Assembly (NCBI GenBank): GCA_001643675.2
Contig: LSRY02000017.1
Span: 1,240,001-1,304,000 of the forward strand
Source of the DNA: Monocercomonoides exilis PA203
Taxonomy: Eukaryota > Protista > Preaxostyla
Direction: 5' to 3'
Length of the DNA stretch: 64,000 bases
Part shown: piece by piece, positions 35,259 through 48,100 of the stretch
Layout of the letters: every line of letters starts with the position of its first letter
How positions within the stretch are numbered: position 1 is the stretch's first letter
Position numbers and translations under genes: made by a program
The notes under the pieces: model-generated
Database searches by the model: none
The model's input: only the letters and a program-made list of their open reading frames with translations
What the model was told of the DNA's origin: nothing

Positions 35259-38077
35259 TTAAGTTGTTTTAATGCCAAAAAGCTCATTGTCAGCATCTTC
35301 ATCTATATCGCTGATAAAATCAATGATGTCTCTTTTCGTGTGAAATGAATTGTTGCCCTGTGAAATTGCTTCCATTTGTTCTTCGTCTTCGTCTTCTTCT
35401 TCCCATTCTGATTCATATTCGTCATCGTCATATCCTTCGTTGATATCCTGTCCTCTTTGGAAAAGTTCTTCAGCTTCTTTGATTCTTTTATCAATAGATT
35501 CTTCTCCGGGAGAGTGTGTAGTGCTAATTGAGTTGTCGAAGCCCATTGAAGAGAGACTTGAGTGTTCATCAGGTTGTGAAATAGGAAGTGTAACCTTTGG
35601 AAGTGCGGATGGAGTATTCTCTATGCGATTATTCTGATTTTGTATTGGTTGGTCGATAATTTGCTGGAATGGTTGTGGTTGCTCTTGTTGTAATGCCTCT
35701 TGTTCAATTTCTTTTTCAGTTGGTGCAAATTGCAAATCCACCGATTCGTTTCCTTCTTTTTCTTCTTCTTCTTTCTGCTCGTCTTCGTCATACTCTTCGT
35801 ATTCCTCCTCATATCCCTCATCGAACTCATCATCTGTGTAGTTCTCCTTAAGCGGTGATTCTTCCAATTTACGTTCCGCAAAAGAAGACTGCGCTGGCAT
35901 TATCTGTTTTTCCTCGTCGATGCTTGGTTGAGGCTGTTCTTTGGATTCGCTGTCTTCTTTTGGGTATGCTTCTTCACTGACTTGCTCGACTTCCGGTTCG
36001 TTCTGTGGCATCTGCTCGCTTTGACTTTCTGCAATTAACTCTGCTTCTAAATCGTCTTCGTTGGCTTGCTCAGATTCATTGAGATTATCATCTTTCTCTT
36101 TTTCATTCTTCTTTTCTTCTTGTAATTCTATCTCAGTTTTCATAGGCTGAATTGGAAGATCATGTGTAATACTTTTGCTGTTTTGTTCGTCAGAAGTTCT
36201 GAAGCTCAAAAGAGAAGATTTTTTGAAGTCAGAATCTCTATCTTCTCCTTCAGAATTGAAAAAGCTGTCAAAACGATGCTGAAGCTGTGTGAGTGCTGAT
36301 GTAACTTTCTGTTAAAAACAAAGAAAAAAAATAAAGATATTTGAAATAGAATGTGAACGATGAACAAAATAATTTGGGTGCACAACGTATTTTAAAGAAT
36401 AGAATCGAAAAATAAGACACACATCCAAATCATTTCGAAGTTGGTTAATGCGAGCCTCTTCTTCTGCAATTGCCTTACGTTTTTCCTCATTGTTTCGCTT
36501 TTTGATCTCAATTTGTTCCAAAAGATGTTGTTTTTGAGAGATAAGTTCCTCTTTCTTCTTAATAAGTTGATCTCTTTCTTCTCGTTTTGATCTAATTTGC
36601 CCGTGTTGATCTCCACTGCCTTCAAGTTCCTTCGCTTCCTGCTCTTCTGCTTTCTTTTCTCTTTCCGCTTGGAGCTCTCCTAACATTTCACTAAGCGAAG
36701 TGAGCGATGACGCCAATGACGCTTCTTTCGCATGAAGAGCCAGCACAAGTTGCGAAAGACGCTGCGTGAGAGAAATGAAGGACGCATTTTCAGAAGAAGA
36801 AGAAGAAGAAGAAGCTGATGCTGATGTTGATGACTCCACAGATGATGATGATGATGATGAAACAAATGAAACATTTGAGCTAGGGGGTTGAAGTGGAAGT
36901 AAAAGAGAAGGATCAACAGAAAGAGCTGACATAACCGAATGAACCGAAGATGGCTGTTCTGTTTCTGGAGCTGCGCTGCTCTTTTTCTTTTTCTTCTTTG
37001 GCTTCTTCGTTTTGTCAGAGGATTTCACATCCATATCAGGATTTTGTGTATTCTTCTTTTCTTCAGAAATCAACTGAGATTCTTTCATCTGAATGGAGCG
37101 CTGCGGAATTGAAGAAGATTCAGACTGCAGATCCAAAACTTCCTTGCTTCCGCTGTTCTGCTCACGAAGTGAATGTTGTTGAGTGCTTTGCTGCTGGTGG
37201 GGAAGAGAAGATTCATCCTTGTTTTCTTCAGATTTTACGTTACTAATGTGTTCTTCCTTTATCTTTTCCTTCGAAATTGCTTCTGGCTTTTTGGAATTAT
37301 TTTGATGAAATTTGTGAGCAATGTGAAGTGTTGGGATTTTTGAGGGTGATCGAATTGATGTTGGTGCAGTAGACAATCGAGTAACATTTCCCCTTTGTGG
37401 AATTTTCGAAATTCCTTGTGAAGGAGATTTGATTGAAGTTTTTGAAAGTGGAGAAGAGACATCCACAGTTTTTGGTCGATTCACAAACGAAATCGTTGAA
37501 GATAAATTTTGTGGAGCATGATGTGCTGTTGTCTGTGATTTTGAAGCTGAAAGAGATCTTGAAGGAGATGATGTTGATTGACTATAGCGCGACTGAGAAT
37601 ACGTTTCCACCCTTTTTGGAGATGAAGATATAGAAGTTGAATGCCCTGATGCGCGAGGGCTAATTTGAGAATAAGATTTTGCAGTTCTCGGTGACCGTGA
37701 ATCAGAAATATGTGTTCGATGGCTTGATGGTAAAGTAGATGAAAGATTTGAAATAGTTGTTGGAGATCCACGAACAATTTCAGATGGTTCTTCTGAAGAT
37801 TTTGTTGATGTTTTTGTTGATGGAGATGAATTTGTCCTCCATTGAGAGAGTCGTTCATGTGTGACTTGAATTTTTCTTTGGATCTGGCCATATCCAGAAC
37901 GTCTAGTCGATGCACCGCTAATATCTGCAGTGGGTTGATTAGATTGAGATGCTCGGTGCATGGGCGTTTGCAGGGAATTTAATTCAAGCTTTGAAACAGT
38001 ATTCGATTGTTTTGGACTTTGCGATTGAACGGATGGAGATTTTGTAATTTCTTTTGATATGCGTGTAACAGAATAAC
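35259..38077 (-). CDS. Hypothetical Ser-rich / coiled-coil / acidic-tail protein; intron 36309-36422; true start uncertain (37961 or an upstream exon near 38228)
   Basis: GTGTGT..AACAG intron joins the 549-aa and 316-aa ORFs in frame; central heptad-rich segment. Confidence 0.7.
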
Positions 38078-38372
38078 CTATATAAATAGAAATAGAAAAA
38101 GTAATACAAAAATACTTTCTTTTTAATTTGTATTCAAATTAACTTTGAAAAGAAAAAAATGTGAACCAAAGAAAAAGAATTCAAAATAATTTTCCAAATA
38201 AAAAAAATTTGTACCCTTTTTGGCTCATTTTCTTTGCGTAACACTTGCGTGTAGCAGCAAATTCCTCAAAGTGAAGAAGTTGGTTTTCAAATAGTCAATT
38301 TTATTAATAAAGGTGATCAGATCAGATAAAAATTATTAATATCGTTTTATTTCTGATACCAAAAAATTGTTT

Positions 38373-39812
38373 ATGAATTCATTACTTGTATGCGAAAGAA
38401 TAAATGATTCTCAATTGGATAAATTATTTGTTAAACCTTCTATAGCCAAGGTTTTTCATTTCTTGCTGTATTTTACTATTTCAACTTTTTTCCAATGCTC
38501 AAAGATAGAAATATGTTCCACAAACTCAGATTTAATAGATAAAATAATTGAAGAATTTATTCAGAAAATGACTTTTTGTTCTTATCCTGTTTCAGCATTT
38601 TCATGCGATTCTTTAATTCAACTGTTACCTCATGTTAAAAATGGAATTTCATATGGATTCCCCTTTTTTATACAAAACAATACATGTTTGCAATTATTTG
38701 TTTTTTTAAAAGTTTGCTAAACTTCTATTTAACAAATCATAAGCAAAACTTAATCTTTACCTTGATGAGTCTTCAGCCATGACAGTGAGCTTACCCAAAC
38801 GTAAGTTCCGAAACTCTTCACTTATATATGGTGTGAATTGTAATTTAATCCTTTCAGTGCTTCAAAAATTTTCTTTTTCCAAAAAATTATTTTTGTTAAA
38901 AAAGAATGTCACGTCGATGTGCCTGTTAGCACGAAGGATAACAAAGTTAAATCATTAAATTCATTTGCATCATTTTTGAAAAAAGCTCTTCGCGCTGAAA
39001 TGCCGACTAAGATGTCGTCTTCTTCTTGTTCTTCGTCTGAACCATCATTTTCTTCACATTATTTGTTTATTCCAAACTCCATTCATTCTGAGCAGTCTGA
39101 CGATTTCTTGAAATCATTCCCACACATAAACACTCATCATATCTCTTTGAATAAATCATCTTTTGTTCTTCCTCCGCGACCTCATCCGTTTTCAATTCTA
39201 TTAACAAACGAAGAAAATCATCCTTCTCCTGATCGCCCTGAAAAGCGAATGGATGATGGACATAAACACCAACCAGATAATTTAAAGAAAGATGAAAATG
39301 ATGAAGATAATGTCAATGAATGTTTGGAATGGATTGGAATGCTTTCTCATTTAAAGGATGATTTTGACGATTTAGATTTACATCCACAAGCATCAAAGGA
39401 TTCTTCAATTACAAATGAACAAGCAATAACCAAAGGCACCCGATATATTTTGAAGGGGTTATTCGATGAATTTCTACTTAAGCAGTTTTTACACCATTTA
39501 CATAAAGCATTTCAAGAAGATAGTTCTGAATTGGATGGAGATCCTAAATTAGCTGATCAATATGCGACAATAAAATTTTATTCAAGATCAGAAACATCAT
39601 TTCTCGATTCAATAAAAGCAGATCAAGCCATCCCTTTGTCTTCAATGATCGTTACCACTCCCGGCCTTTCATCAGATCCAATAGATCCTTCAAAGCAATC
39701 AAGTCCACAAAAATCAGACATATTTAACAGCTACGAAGATATTGTTGTTGCATTTGATTTTGCTCTTTTATTTGATTCAAATGAAATTATTCAATTAAGT
39801 CAATTACATTAA
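38373..39812 (+). CDS. RPP40: RNase P/MRP subunit p40-like protein; introns 38451-38504, 38686-38743, 38801-38904
   Basis: Spliced product has KLNLYLDESSAMTVSL, NECLEWIGMLS and ILKGLFDEFLLKQFLHHL, matching in order the Rpp40 motifs as recalled (L.L.LD...YE..GL, E..EWLG.., W.GF...). Confidence 0.55.
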
Positions 39813-39876
39813 GTTTTGAAAGATTTGTTTTGTTTGATCAAATGTAACATTATTATTTTTTTAATTTTTTAAACAA

Positions 39877-41771
39877 ATGTCACAACCAACAAAATCTTCA
39901 GGAAAAGGAAACAAAATACCTAATCCTCAATATTTATTGGCAAGATTGCGCGAGTTTAACATTTCTGTATCGGATGAAGCATTTTCAAAGCCTAATCTTC
40001 AAGATATGATGAAAATATATACAGGGGTATTTTTTTTCTCACATAAAAATTTTACAAAAGTAATGAACCAAATAGTTTCTGAAAGAATTTTCTAGTGATG
40101 AAAATATGATTGATGGCTCTGCGGAATTTGAAGAAGCCCAAGGAGAAAAGTCATATCTTGTTTCTGGAAAAGAAAAACTGAAGCTTTTCATAAAAATGTA
40201 TAAATTTTTTGAAAGTACAATTTCTTATCAAATTATGTTGCATTTTGTACATGCAGTTTAAATATGATGAAAACCATAGGATTTGAAGGATTCTCTTTGA
40301 AGGATATTTTTATTGTTCCTGATTCGAAGACAATGTCTGTTATCACATCCAGACTTGTGGAATATAGCATTTTCAGAAATGAACAATTAGAAATATTGGA
40401 AAAAGAGAAACAGGATTATGTTTGCACCACAATTTTGAAACTTTCTATTTTTATTTGAAGTTTAGGATGCAGAATTTGATGAGCATGCCACGCTGGAGCA
40501 AACAAAAGCCAATCTTGTTTCTGAAATAGAAGCAATTCGGTTTGTCTTCATTCTTGTCATTCTTTATGAACATTTTGTATTTTTAATAATAATTAAAAGC
40601 ATTCAACAAGCAAATGAACTTCCAAATCAGGACGAACTGAATCAAAAATTAATTTCATTGCAAGCGGAATTTCAGCAAAAAAACCAAGACATGCATCGAA
40701 TGCAAACTTTGCGATCAGAAGTGAAAGCACAATATGTTCACGTTCAAACTGAATTGGTATTGGAAATTATGAAAGAAAGTGATAAATGAGATATTTTTTA
40801 AATATTGATTTCTTAACAGACAAAGTTGAATAGTGATCTCAAAACAAAGGAAGAAGAAAAACAATTGCTTCAAAGCCGAATTGTCGAATCTCCGGAACAA
40901 TACCCAATGGTTTGTAATTGTGATTTATCAATCTTCGCAACAAATCATTTTTTGCTTGAAAATTTATAGAGAATCGAACAATACAAAAAAGACCTCGAGG
41001 AGCACAGAAGGAAAAAAATAGCAGCGGATTCCGAGTCGCTTCTAATACAAACACAAATAAAGCATCTTACACAAATGAAAAAAGTTTGAATTTTTTCTAT
41101 TCAAATATTCAATGCTGATGATGTATTTGTTAACATTGCAACAGGAATTGGACGAATTGAGAATAAAAGATGCACTAACCCAACATCAAACATTGACAAA
41201 ATACAGAACAGCTCTATTTTCGATACAAGATAAGTTAAGAGTTTGGCATTACTCTTGATAAATATAAATGATCACAAATATTTACCTAATGTTTTATCAT
41301 TTTCATGAAAATTTTAGAGTTCTCTTCGCGAGCTGCAGGAAATGGAGCCTGATATCTTCTTTTTAAAACAGAAAATGATACAATTAAACGATCAGTACAG
41401 AAATTCCAAAGAAGAACATGTTTGCTTTTATTATACATTTTTGATGCAATGTAAAATTTCTTCAATATTCATGAACATTACAATCATTTATTTCTCAATA
41501 ACATTTCATTTTTTCTTCCCAGAACCATCGAATGGAAGAAATCAGAACAGAGATTATCAAATGTGACCAGGCGACGCAAGCGATTCGAGAAGGCATTGCA
41601 TTAAATGCAGAAATGCAAATGCAAATTGCAAATCTGAAAAAGACTGTTGCAAAGAAAAAGGAGCAATTGATTCAGTTAAATACGGAATGCGATGAGAAAA
41701 AACAAAGGTTACTGGGAAGTGTGAAAGAATACATGAAGAAAATACAGACTGAGATAAGTGCAGAGTCTTGA
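39877..41771 (+). CDS. NUF2: Kinetochore protein Nuf2 (CH domain + coiled coil), about nine short introns
   Basis: LREFNISVSDEAFSKPN...KIY, MKTIGFEGFSLKDIF.PD, SRLVEYSIFRNEQL, followed by coiled-coil exons. Confidence 0.85.
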
Positions 41772-42107
41772 AGCAGAACGAAACACGACATCTTTCTCAT
41801 TTCATATTAAAATTGCAAAACTTTACGTTTTTCACTTCGTTTTGTCTCCTTCAAATCATTAAATTCACTTCTCCATTTCACTTCGCTTCTTTCTGTTTAA
41901 TTGCTTGAAACATGCTCCAATCACATACACACACTAAAAAGAGGAAAAGCAAGATGTGAACTGAATTATTAAAGCGTTAATGCAGTGAATGTGAGATGAA
42001 AAAAGATTGCATATTGAAACAATGGAAACTCAGAGGATAAAAGGAAAAAAAGAAATGAGATGACTTCACATAAGAAAAAGATAAGTTGATGAGTGATTTT
42101 TGTTCTC

Positions 42108-43705
42108 TCAAAAGCATTTCTTGTGGATGATTGATGGTCCAACGTCTTCATATTCATCTTTAGTGATCCAGACGCCTTCAAGCGGAAGCGCTGCGAAAAT
42201 CGAAGCGCCAACCCACACAGCATACTTTCTTTCAGGAGGGGCAGTGATCTTTATTTTCATTGCAGTTGGTGCAAGAGCCATAAGCTCCTTACCCATTCTG
42301 TCTGCCATCCCACTAAACATGGTAGAGCCACCAGAGAGAACGACATTGCCATACAATTCGCGCCGAATGTCACTGTCACATCGCATAATCGAATTGTAAG
42401 CCATTTCATGAATACCATTAATGTCCACACCTGCAAATAACAAGATGAAATAGAAAGAAGTAAAAAAAAGAGGTAAGAAAACTAATAGAAATTATCATTT
42501 TGTTTCAGAAGCACACCAAGAAGCGATGGCTGGAATAAGCCTTCGGGGCATCTGAATCTTTCTGTTCCGATGTGAAGTTGATGCCCATCAGGCAGTGAAA
42601 ATGATGTCTGTGAGAAAAACATTCAAAAATTATTATTCAAATAAGTGAATAAGATAACAAATGAAATACTTCGATGCTCTTTGCTGCTGAGAGAGATGTA
42701 ATTTCTTGCTCAAAATCGAGCGCAACAAAACAATGCTTTTCTTTACCCATTCTGATGCATTCGCGTTCTGTAAGAGACGAAAATGGAGGAGACTCCAACG
42801 AACCCGGGTGTGGTGGAGTTGACGTAGCAACATCCTTTTCTGCCAGAAGACGAGATAAGAAATCTGAAAAATAAAAAGAAATTTCAAAATGAAATGTTAG
42901 CAAACACCATTAAAAAAAGAAGAAAGAAAGAAAAGAAATATTTAACCAGTAAGTGTTCTGCCTGCAATGTCAAGAGTAAGAATAGACGAAGCGATTTTAT
43001 AGCCTTCATAAACAGGAACGGCTGTTGTCGATGCTTCTCCGCAATCAACAACAACACCAGTGGTTTTCCCTGAAGTGTATAAAGCAAGAACTTCCTTTGT
43101 CTGGCTGTACAGATCTGAAAATTTTCAAAAAAAATTATCAAATGAAGAGATTAACAAAAAGCAAGTGAAAATTATTTAAACGAAATATTTTCAAACTCGG
43201 AACGCGAAATGTTTCGAACATAATTTCTGTCATTCTCTCTCTTTCTCTTGGTGGATTTCTGGCTGCTTCGCTAAGAAGCACAGGATGATTTTCTGGTTGT
43301 GTGTGAAGCAGCGTAGTAAATATGTAATGCCAAATCCTAACCATATCGTCCCAATTTGTAACAACTCCTTTTTCGATTGGATAGCTTTATATAAAGAGTA
43401 ATTTGAAAATTTCAAAAAAAAAATTGTAAAGAATTTTAAAATCAAAAAACACACTTTAATACAAGTGCACCTCTTTTTAATTGCGCCTCTTCTCCGATGT
43501 AGCACTCTTTTTCTGCTTTATCAGCTCTTTTACGAACTTGAGCTTCTTCTTCGGTTGTAACTCGATTTTTTGGCCTACCAACCATTGTAGGCAAAATAGA
43601 GCGAGGCTTGTCATCACACGAAAATCCTGCTTTTATCCATCCAGATCCATTATCAATAACAATGGGTGAATTTTCACCAAGGTCAATTACAGGAGGAAGT
43701 GACAT
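42108..43705 (-). CDS. Divergent actin-like / actin-related protein, five introns
   Basis: [86 protein letters not shown]. Confidence 0.92.
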
Positions 43706-44008
43706 TATTTTCTAAATACCATAAAGAAAACCACATAAGACATTATTATGATTATTACATTTTGTTCAAATATCTTTTTATTGCTAAATAGCAAAAAAGT
43801 GATGGCAAACTTCTTTATTTTAGAGAAAAAATAAAGAATCAATGAATCGAACTGCTTTTTCAAAATATTATGGTCACTATTTACAACTTCGACGAAAAGA
43901 TAAAAATACTTGTCATTATTCTCAATTTTCTTTTTTGAATTTAGCTCATAAAAAAAATTTACCCACAACAAAAAATTTTATTCTAATCATTTTATAATAT
44001 CTTAGTAG

Positions 44009-45042
44009 ATGTCGTTTGAAGTGGAAAACGCTTCAGGACATCTTCAAGAACTTACATCATTACATTTATTAGATGAAGAATCACTCAGATCAATACAAGG
44101 CATTTCGGAAGAAGATATAATTAACGAAAAATCAGATTCAGTTGATGTTCTTCTTGAATCTCATGCTGAAATTGATGGCACTATTGTTAATTTTGCGCAT
44201 ATACCACGAAAGGGTCTTTCTTTCCAGCTTTGGCCATCTGCAGTTGCATTAGCTCAATATTTTGCTTTTTTAGTGAAAAAAGAAAATGGTTTTTAAGAGG
44301 GAAAGAAGTTGCTAGAATTAGGTTCAGGGACTGGATTTCTGGGCGCATTTTGTGCAATGCTTGGAGCTAATGTTATTGTTTCGGATCTTCTCAAAACTAT
44401 TGAAGTATTAAAAAGAACTTTGACTTTAAACAAATTGGATTCTTTAAAGAAAGAACAGCGCATTGGAGTTGCGAACGCAATTCCTCTTGATTGGCGCAAT
44501 CCCTTACCGAAGGAGGATGTTCTGAAAAATTATGCTGTCTCCTCTTTGTCTTTATCCTCATCCTCAAGCGATGCGCTCGCGACTTCTTCTCATATTGATA
44601 TTATTGCTGCAACAGATTGCGTTTACGAAAGAACGTTACACGATGCACTTCTGAAAACATTATTACAATATTGTGATTTGCAAACAACTGTGTATTTTTG
44701 CAATGTGAAGAGATTTAAAGTTGACAATAAATTCTGGAAAAAATTGGGAAAGTATTTTAATGTTGAAGAGGTGTGAATCTTTTCATAGGTAGTTGTTTTA
44801 TTTGTTATTTGTTTGGTCAGATTCAGTTTTTAGATCAAGAAGTCATCAATGAAAACGAAATTGATGAAAAAATTCACGAAAAAATCTTTGAATCAGAGAT
44901 AACAATAGATGGCGTTGAAAAAGATGATACTAAAAAAGATGAAAAGCAAACAGATCAGTCCAGCTCAATTCATCCAAAGAATCGCAGAAAAGGCGGGAGA
45001 GGTTCTCTTTATATGTGTCGTTGTACACTTAAGCAAAAATAG
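44009..45042 (+). CDS. Family-16 (METTL21/EFM-like) protein lysine methyltransferase; in-frame TAA at 44294-44296; intron 44771-44820
   Basis: QLWPSAVALAQY, LLELGSGTG, VSDL, PLDW, DIIAATDCVY; the first two ORFs share a frame across a single stop. Confidence 0.8.
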
Positions 45043-45165
45043 AAAAATAAATTATCTTTTATAATATTGAAACAAGCTTTTGTTATTATTTTGTGAAGTG
45101 GGGTTTGTAAAAAATAAAGAGATAGAAAACATTGTACAAAGTTGCTACTGCGCTGTTAGTTGAGG

Positions 45166-48100
45166 CTATAATTTGCTTTGAAGTTGCTCGATTATCATTT
45201 TCTTACCCTTTGATTCGAACTTTAGTAAAATTGATCTTTTCCACTGAACAGTTGTGCGAACAACATCAGCTGATGAATTAAGAACCCTCAGCAACACTTC
45301 TGTTGGGAGTGGAGGAAGAGGAGCAGGCGCATCAGCAGCTGTTGGGAAGTGTGAGAGGAGATAGTTTGTCTGGCAAGCTCTGAAGAACTCGTTGAAGCGT
45401 GTGAGGAGAAGTGAGCGGAATGAAGCGAGCAGTGGAAGAGGAATTGTCGGTGGAAGAGAAGATGAATCCGAAGGAGTTGATGTTGAAGATGCAGAAGATG
45501 ATGATGGTACAGAAGAAGAAGAAGAAGAAGCCGAGAGTGATTCGCTTTGCAGGAATGAATCAACAGAGGCAGATACAATTTCTTCGAATGGGAAAAGATG
45601 GAGGTTGATAGAAAAGAGAAACTGACCATAAGGAGTAGATGCCTGTGATTGGTCAACAGAAGGAGGAGCGAATGAAGTTGAAGGTGCGGTGATAGAAAGG
45701 ATAAGCGGATTGTGCGAAAGAAAATTCCTCATCAAAATATATTGTGGTGCGTCTGGCTCAAAGCCAGCAAGAAGAGTGAGGAAAGGAGAGTGATTCAAGT
45801 GCTCAGGAGGAACCAGAGAAGAAGAGGAAGGCGGTGTTATAGAGGATGCAAAGTGATGCTCAAGCCATCCGAAGAATCTGTCAAATGGCTCAATGGCCAC
45901 ATCTGCATGTGAATGCTTTTGAGGTGCTGATGGCTGGCTCAATGACTTTTCCTTTTCCTTTTCCCTATCCTCAAATCCACTCTCCTGAGAACTTTCTCCA
46001 AATACGATAGAGATGCTGCTGTCTGTCTCAGATTCTCCTTCTTTCGAATGATTAGCCTCATTTCTCTTTCTTTCTTGTTCTTCTAGAAAAGCTTGCTTTT
46101 TGGCCTCAAATTGAGATGAAGCTGAATATAAATCTATGTCCCCTTCAGCTTCTTTCAAAGATCTTTTCAGCATAGAAATAAGTACATCGTGAACCTTATT
46201 TGTGGAAGAAGGTCTTTGGCAAGTGCCTTCAAGGGACTTTGCCATCACAGTTAGAACGCTTTGTCCTTCGTCGATCCAGTTCATGTGATCCAGTTGATGC
46301 AGGCTAGGAGATTTGATTGCAGCAGATGAGGGTAGAGAGGAGGGCGAGGAAGACGATGATTGAGAGATATCAGAAACAGGTTGAAGAGAAGAAAGGAAAG
46401 AGATTGCCTTAATGCTTCGAAGGAAGACAAAGAAGTGGAAGATAATTCGTGGGATGAGTGCGTAAAGGTTGCAAGAATTAGATTCAGAACTCGAATTTAT
46501 TGAAGAAGAAGAAGAAGATGATGATGATGATGAGCTTTCTTTCAGGTTGGAGTTGTTTGACGAAAGCACATCCAACGAAGACTGAAGCTGTTGAGCTGGA
46601 GTTGCACAAAGCATCGAGAAGAAAGGGGAAGAAAGAAGAGGCAAAGCGGTGACTGAGATGAGCTGTGGTGTGTCTTTGTGTGTTTGCTCGTTCTCTCTCT
46701 TTTCGCTTTCACAGCTGCAAATTTTGTCTGTCACTTCAGATTTAGTTTCATCAGATTTATTTTCATCTGCTTGTTTTTCTTCCGTTTTCTCTTCCATCAT
46801 TCTTTTTTCCTCTTTTTTCTTTTGAACTTCCCTCTGAATCTCTTCTCTCTTTTCTGTAATGTCAAGCAAAGACGCCACAGATGCCCATCCGTTCAGACTT
46901 TGCCCTCGCACAGGCTCTTTTTCTTTGTCTTTCTCTTTCATTTTGTTCGCATCTTCAGAATTGCTGGTAACAGACCCATTTTCCTGTTCTGTTGCAATAT
47001 TTTGAGATGGACTTTTCTGAACTTTATTGGAAGCATTGGGAGAATACCTGAAACAAGATCGTTTCATGTATGGAGCCTTTGCAAAGATCGGCTGGCTGCT
47101 CTGTGGGCTCAATTGCAAGGAAGATGATGCTTCACTTGATGGCGACTGCATCGGAGATGGAGTGGAAACAGGCGAAGCATCAGGGCAAGGGCTCTGAGCA
47201 TCTGGTGTTGATTCAGCAGAAACCAAAGAATTTGGAGTGGCAGAAGGAGATGTCGGAGAAGGGAGCTGTGCAGAATCACAAGTTGCCTTTACTGTTTCCA
47301 CAGGTGCTTCTGATGAAGCGGATTGAGGGGATGGAGGCAGCTGAGGTGTAATTACAGCAGGAGTTAATTGGCCAGATGCTGGACGGAACGTATTCGAAGG
47401 GAAAGGATTTTTCGGGGGTGGCAAATGTGGAAGCAAAGGGAGCGAAGGAGGAGAAGGAGGAAGCGTCAGAAGGCGATGATTTGCAGCTGCTCTGAGATCA
47501 ATTAAGAAGGACAAAATCAGCGGAACAGACTGAAGAAGCACATAATCTCTTTCTCTCACTTCTTTTGGCTGCTCATTCACTTGGCTTTCATCTGCTTTGC
47601 AGTTACATTCGCATTTCTGAGAAGATCCTACTTTCTGTTGATTTGCCAACAAATTGCTCATATCTTCTGCAGTTGCCCACTGAGCCTCCTTCAGCCAGCG
47701 CCTGGCAGCATCGATCCAGAAGAGCAGGAGATGGAATGTTGAACTCGTGTCTCGTGCTCCCTTCTGCTCCTTTTGCAAGTTCCTTTCTTCTCTTTCTTTC
47801 AACCTCCTTTCTCGCAGGCGCCCTTTCTCTGCATTCCGCTCGATTCGCTTCTGTTCAATGGAAGCAACTGCATTTGGTTGCAGATTGACAGATGGAGAAG
47901 ACGCAGCTGGCGATGACTGAGGTTCAGTCGATGCTGAAGGAGTGGATACTGCTGCTGATGGTGTTATAGAGCCACATTCATTTGTCGATGCTTCGCTTTG
48001 GACAGCTGGTGTCTCTGCGCAATCTCCGGCTGATGCTGGAGAAAGTGAAATGGCGACTGGTGTCTGATTGGGAGAAGATTTATCAGATGAATCTTTATCA

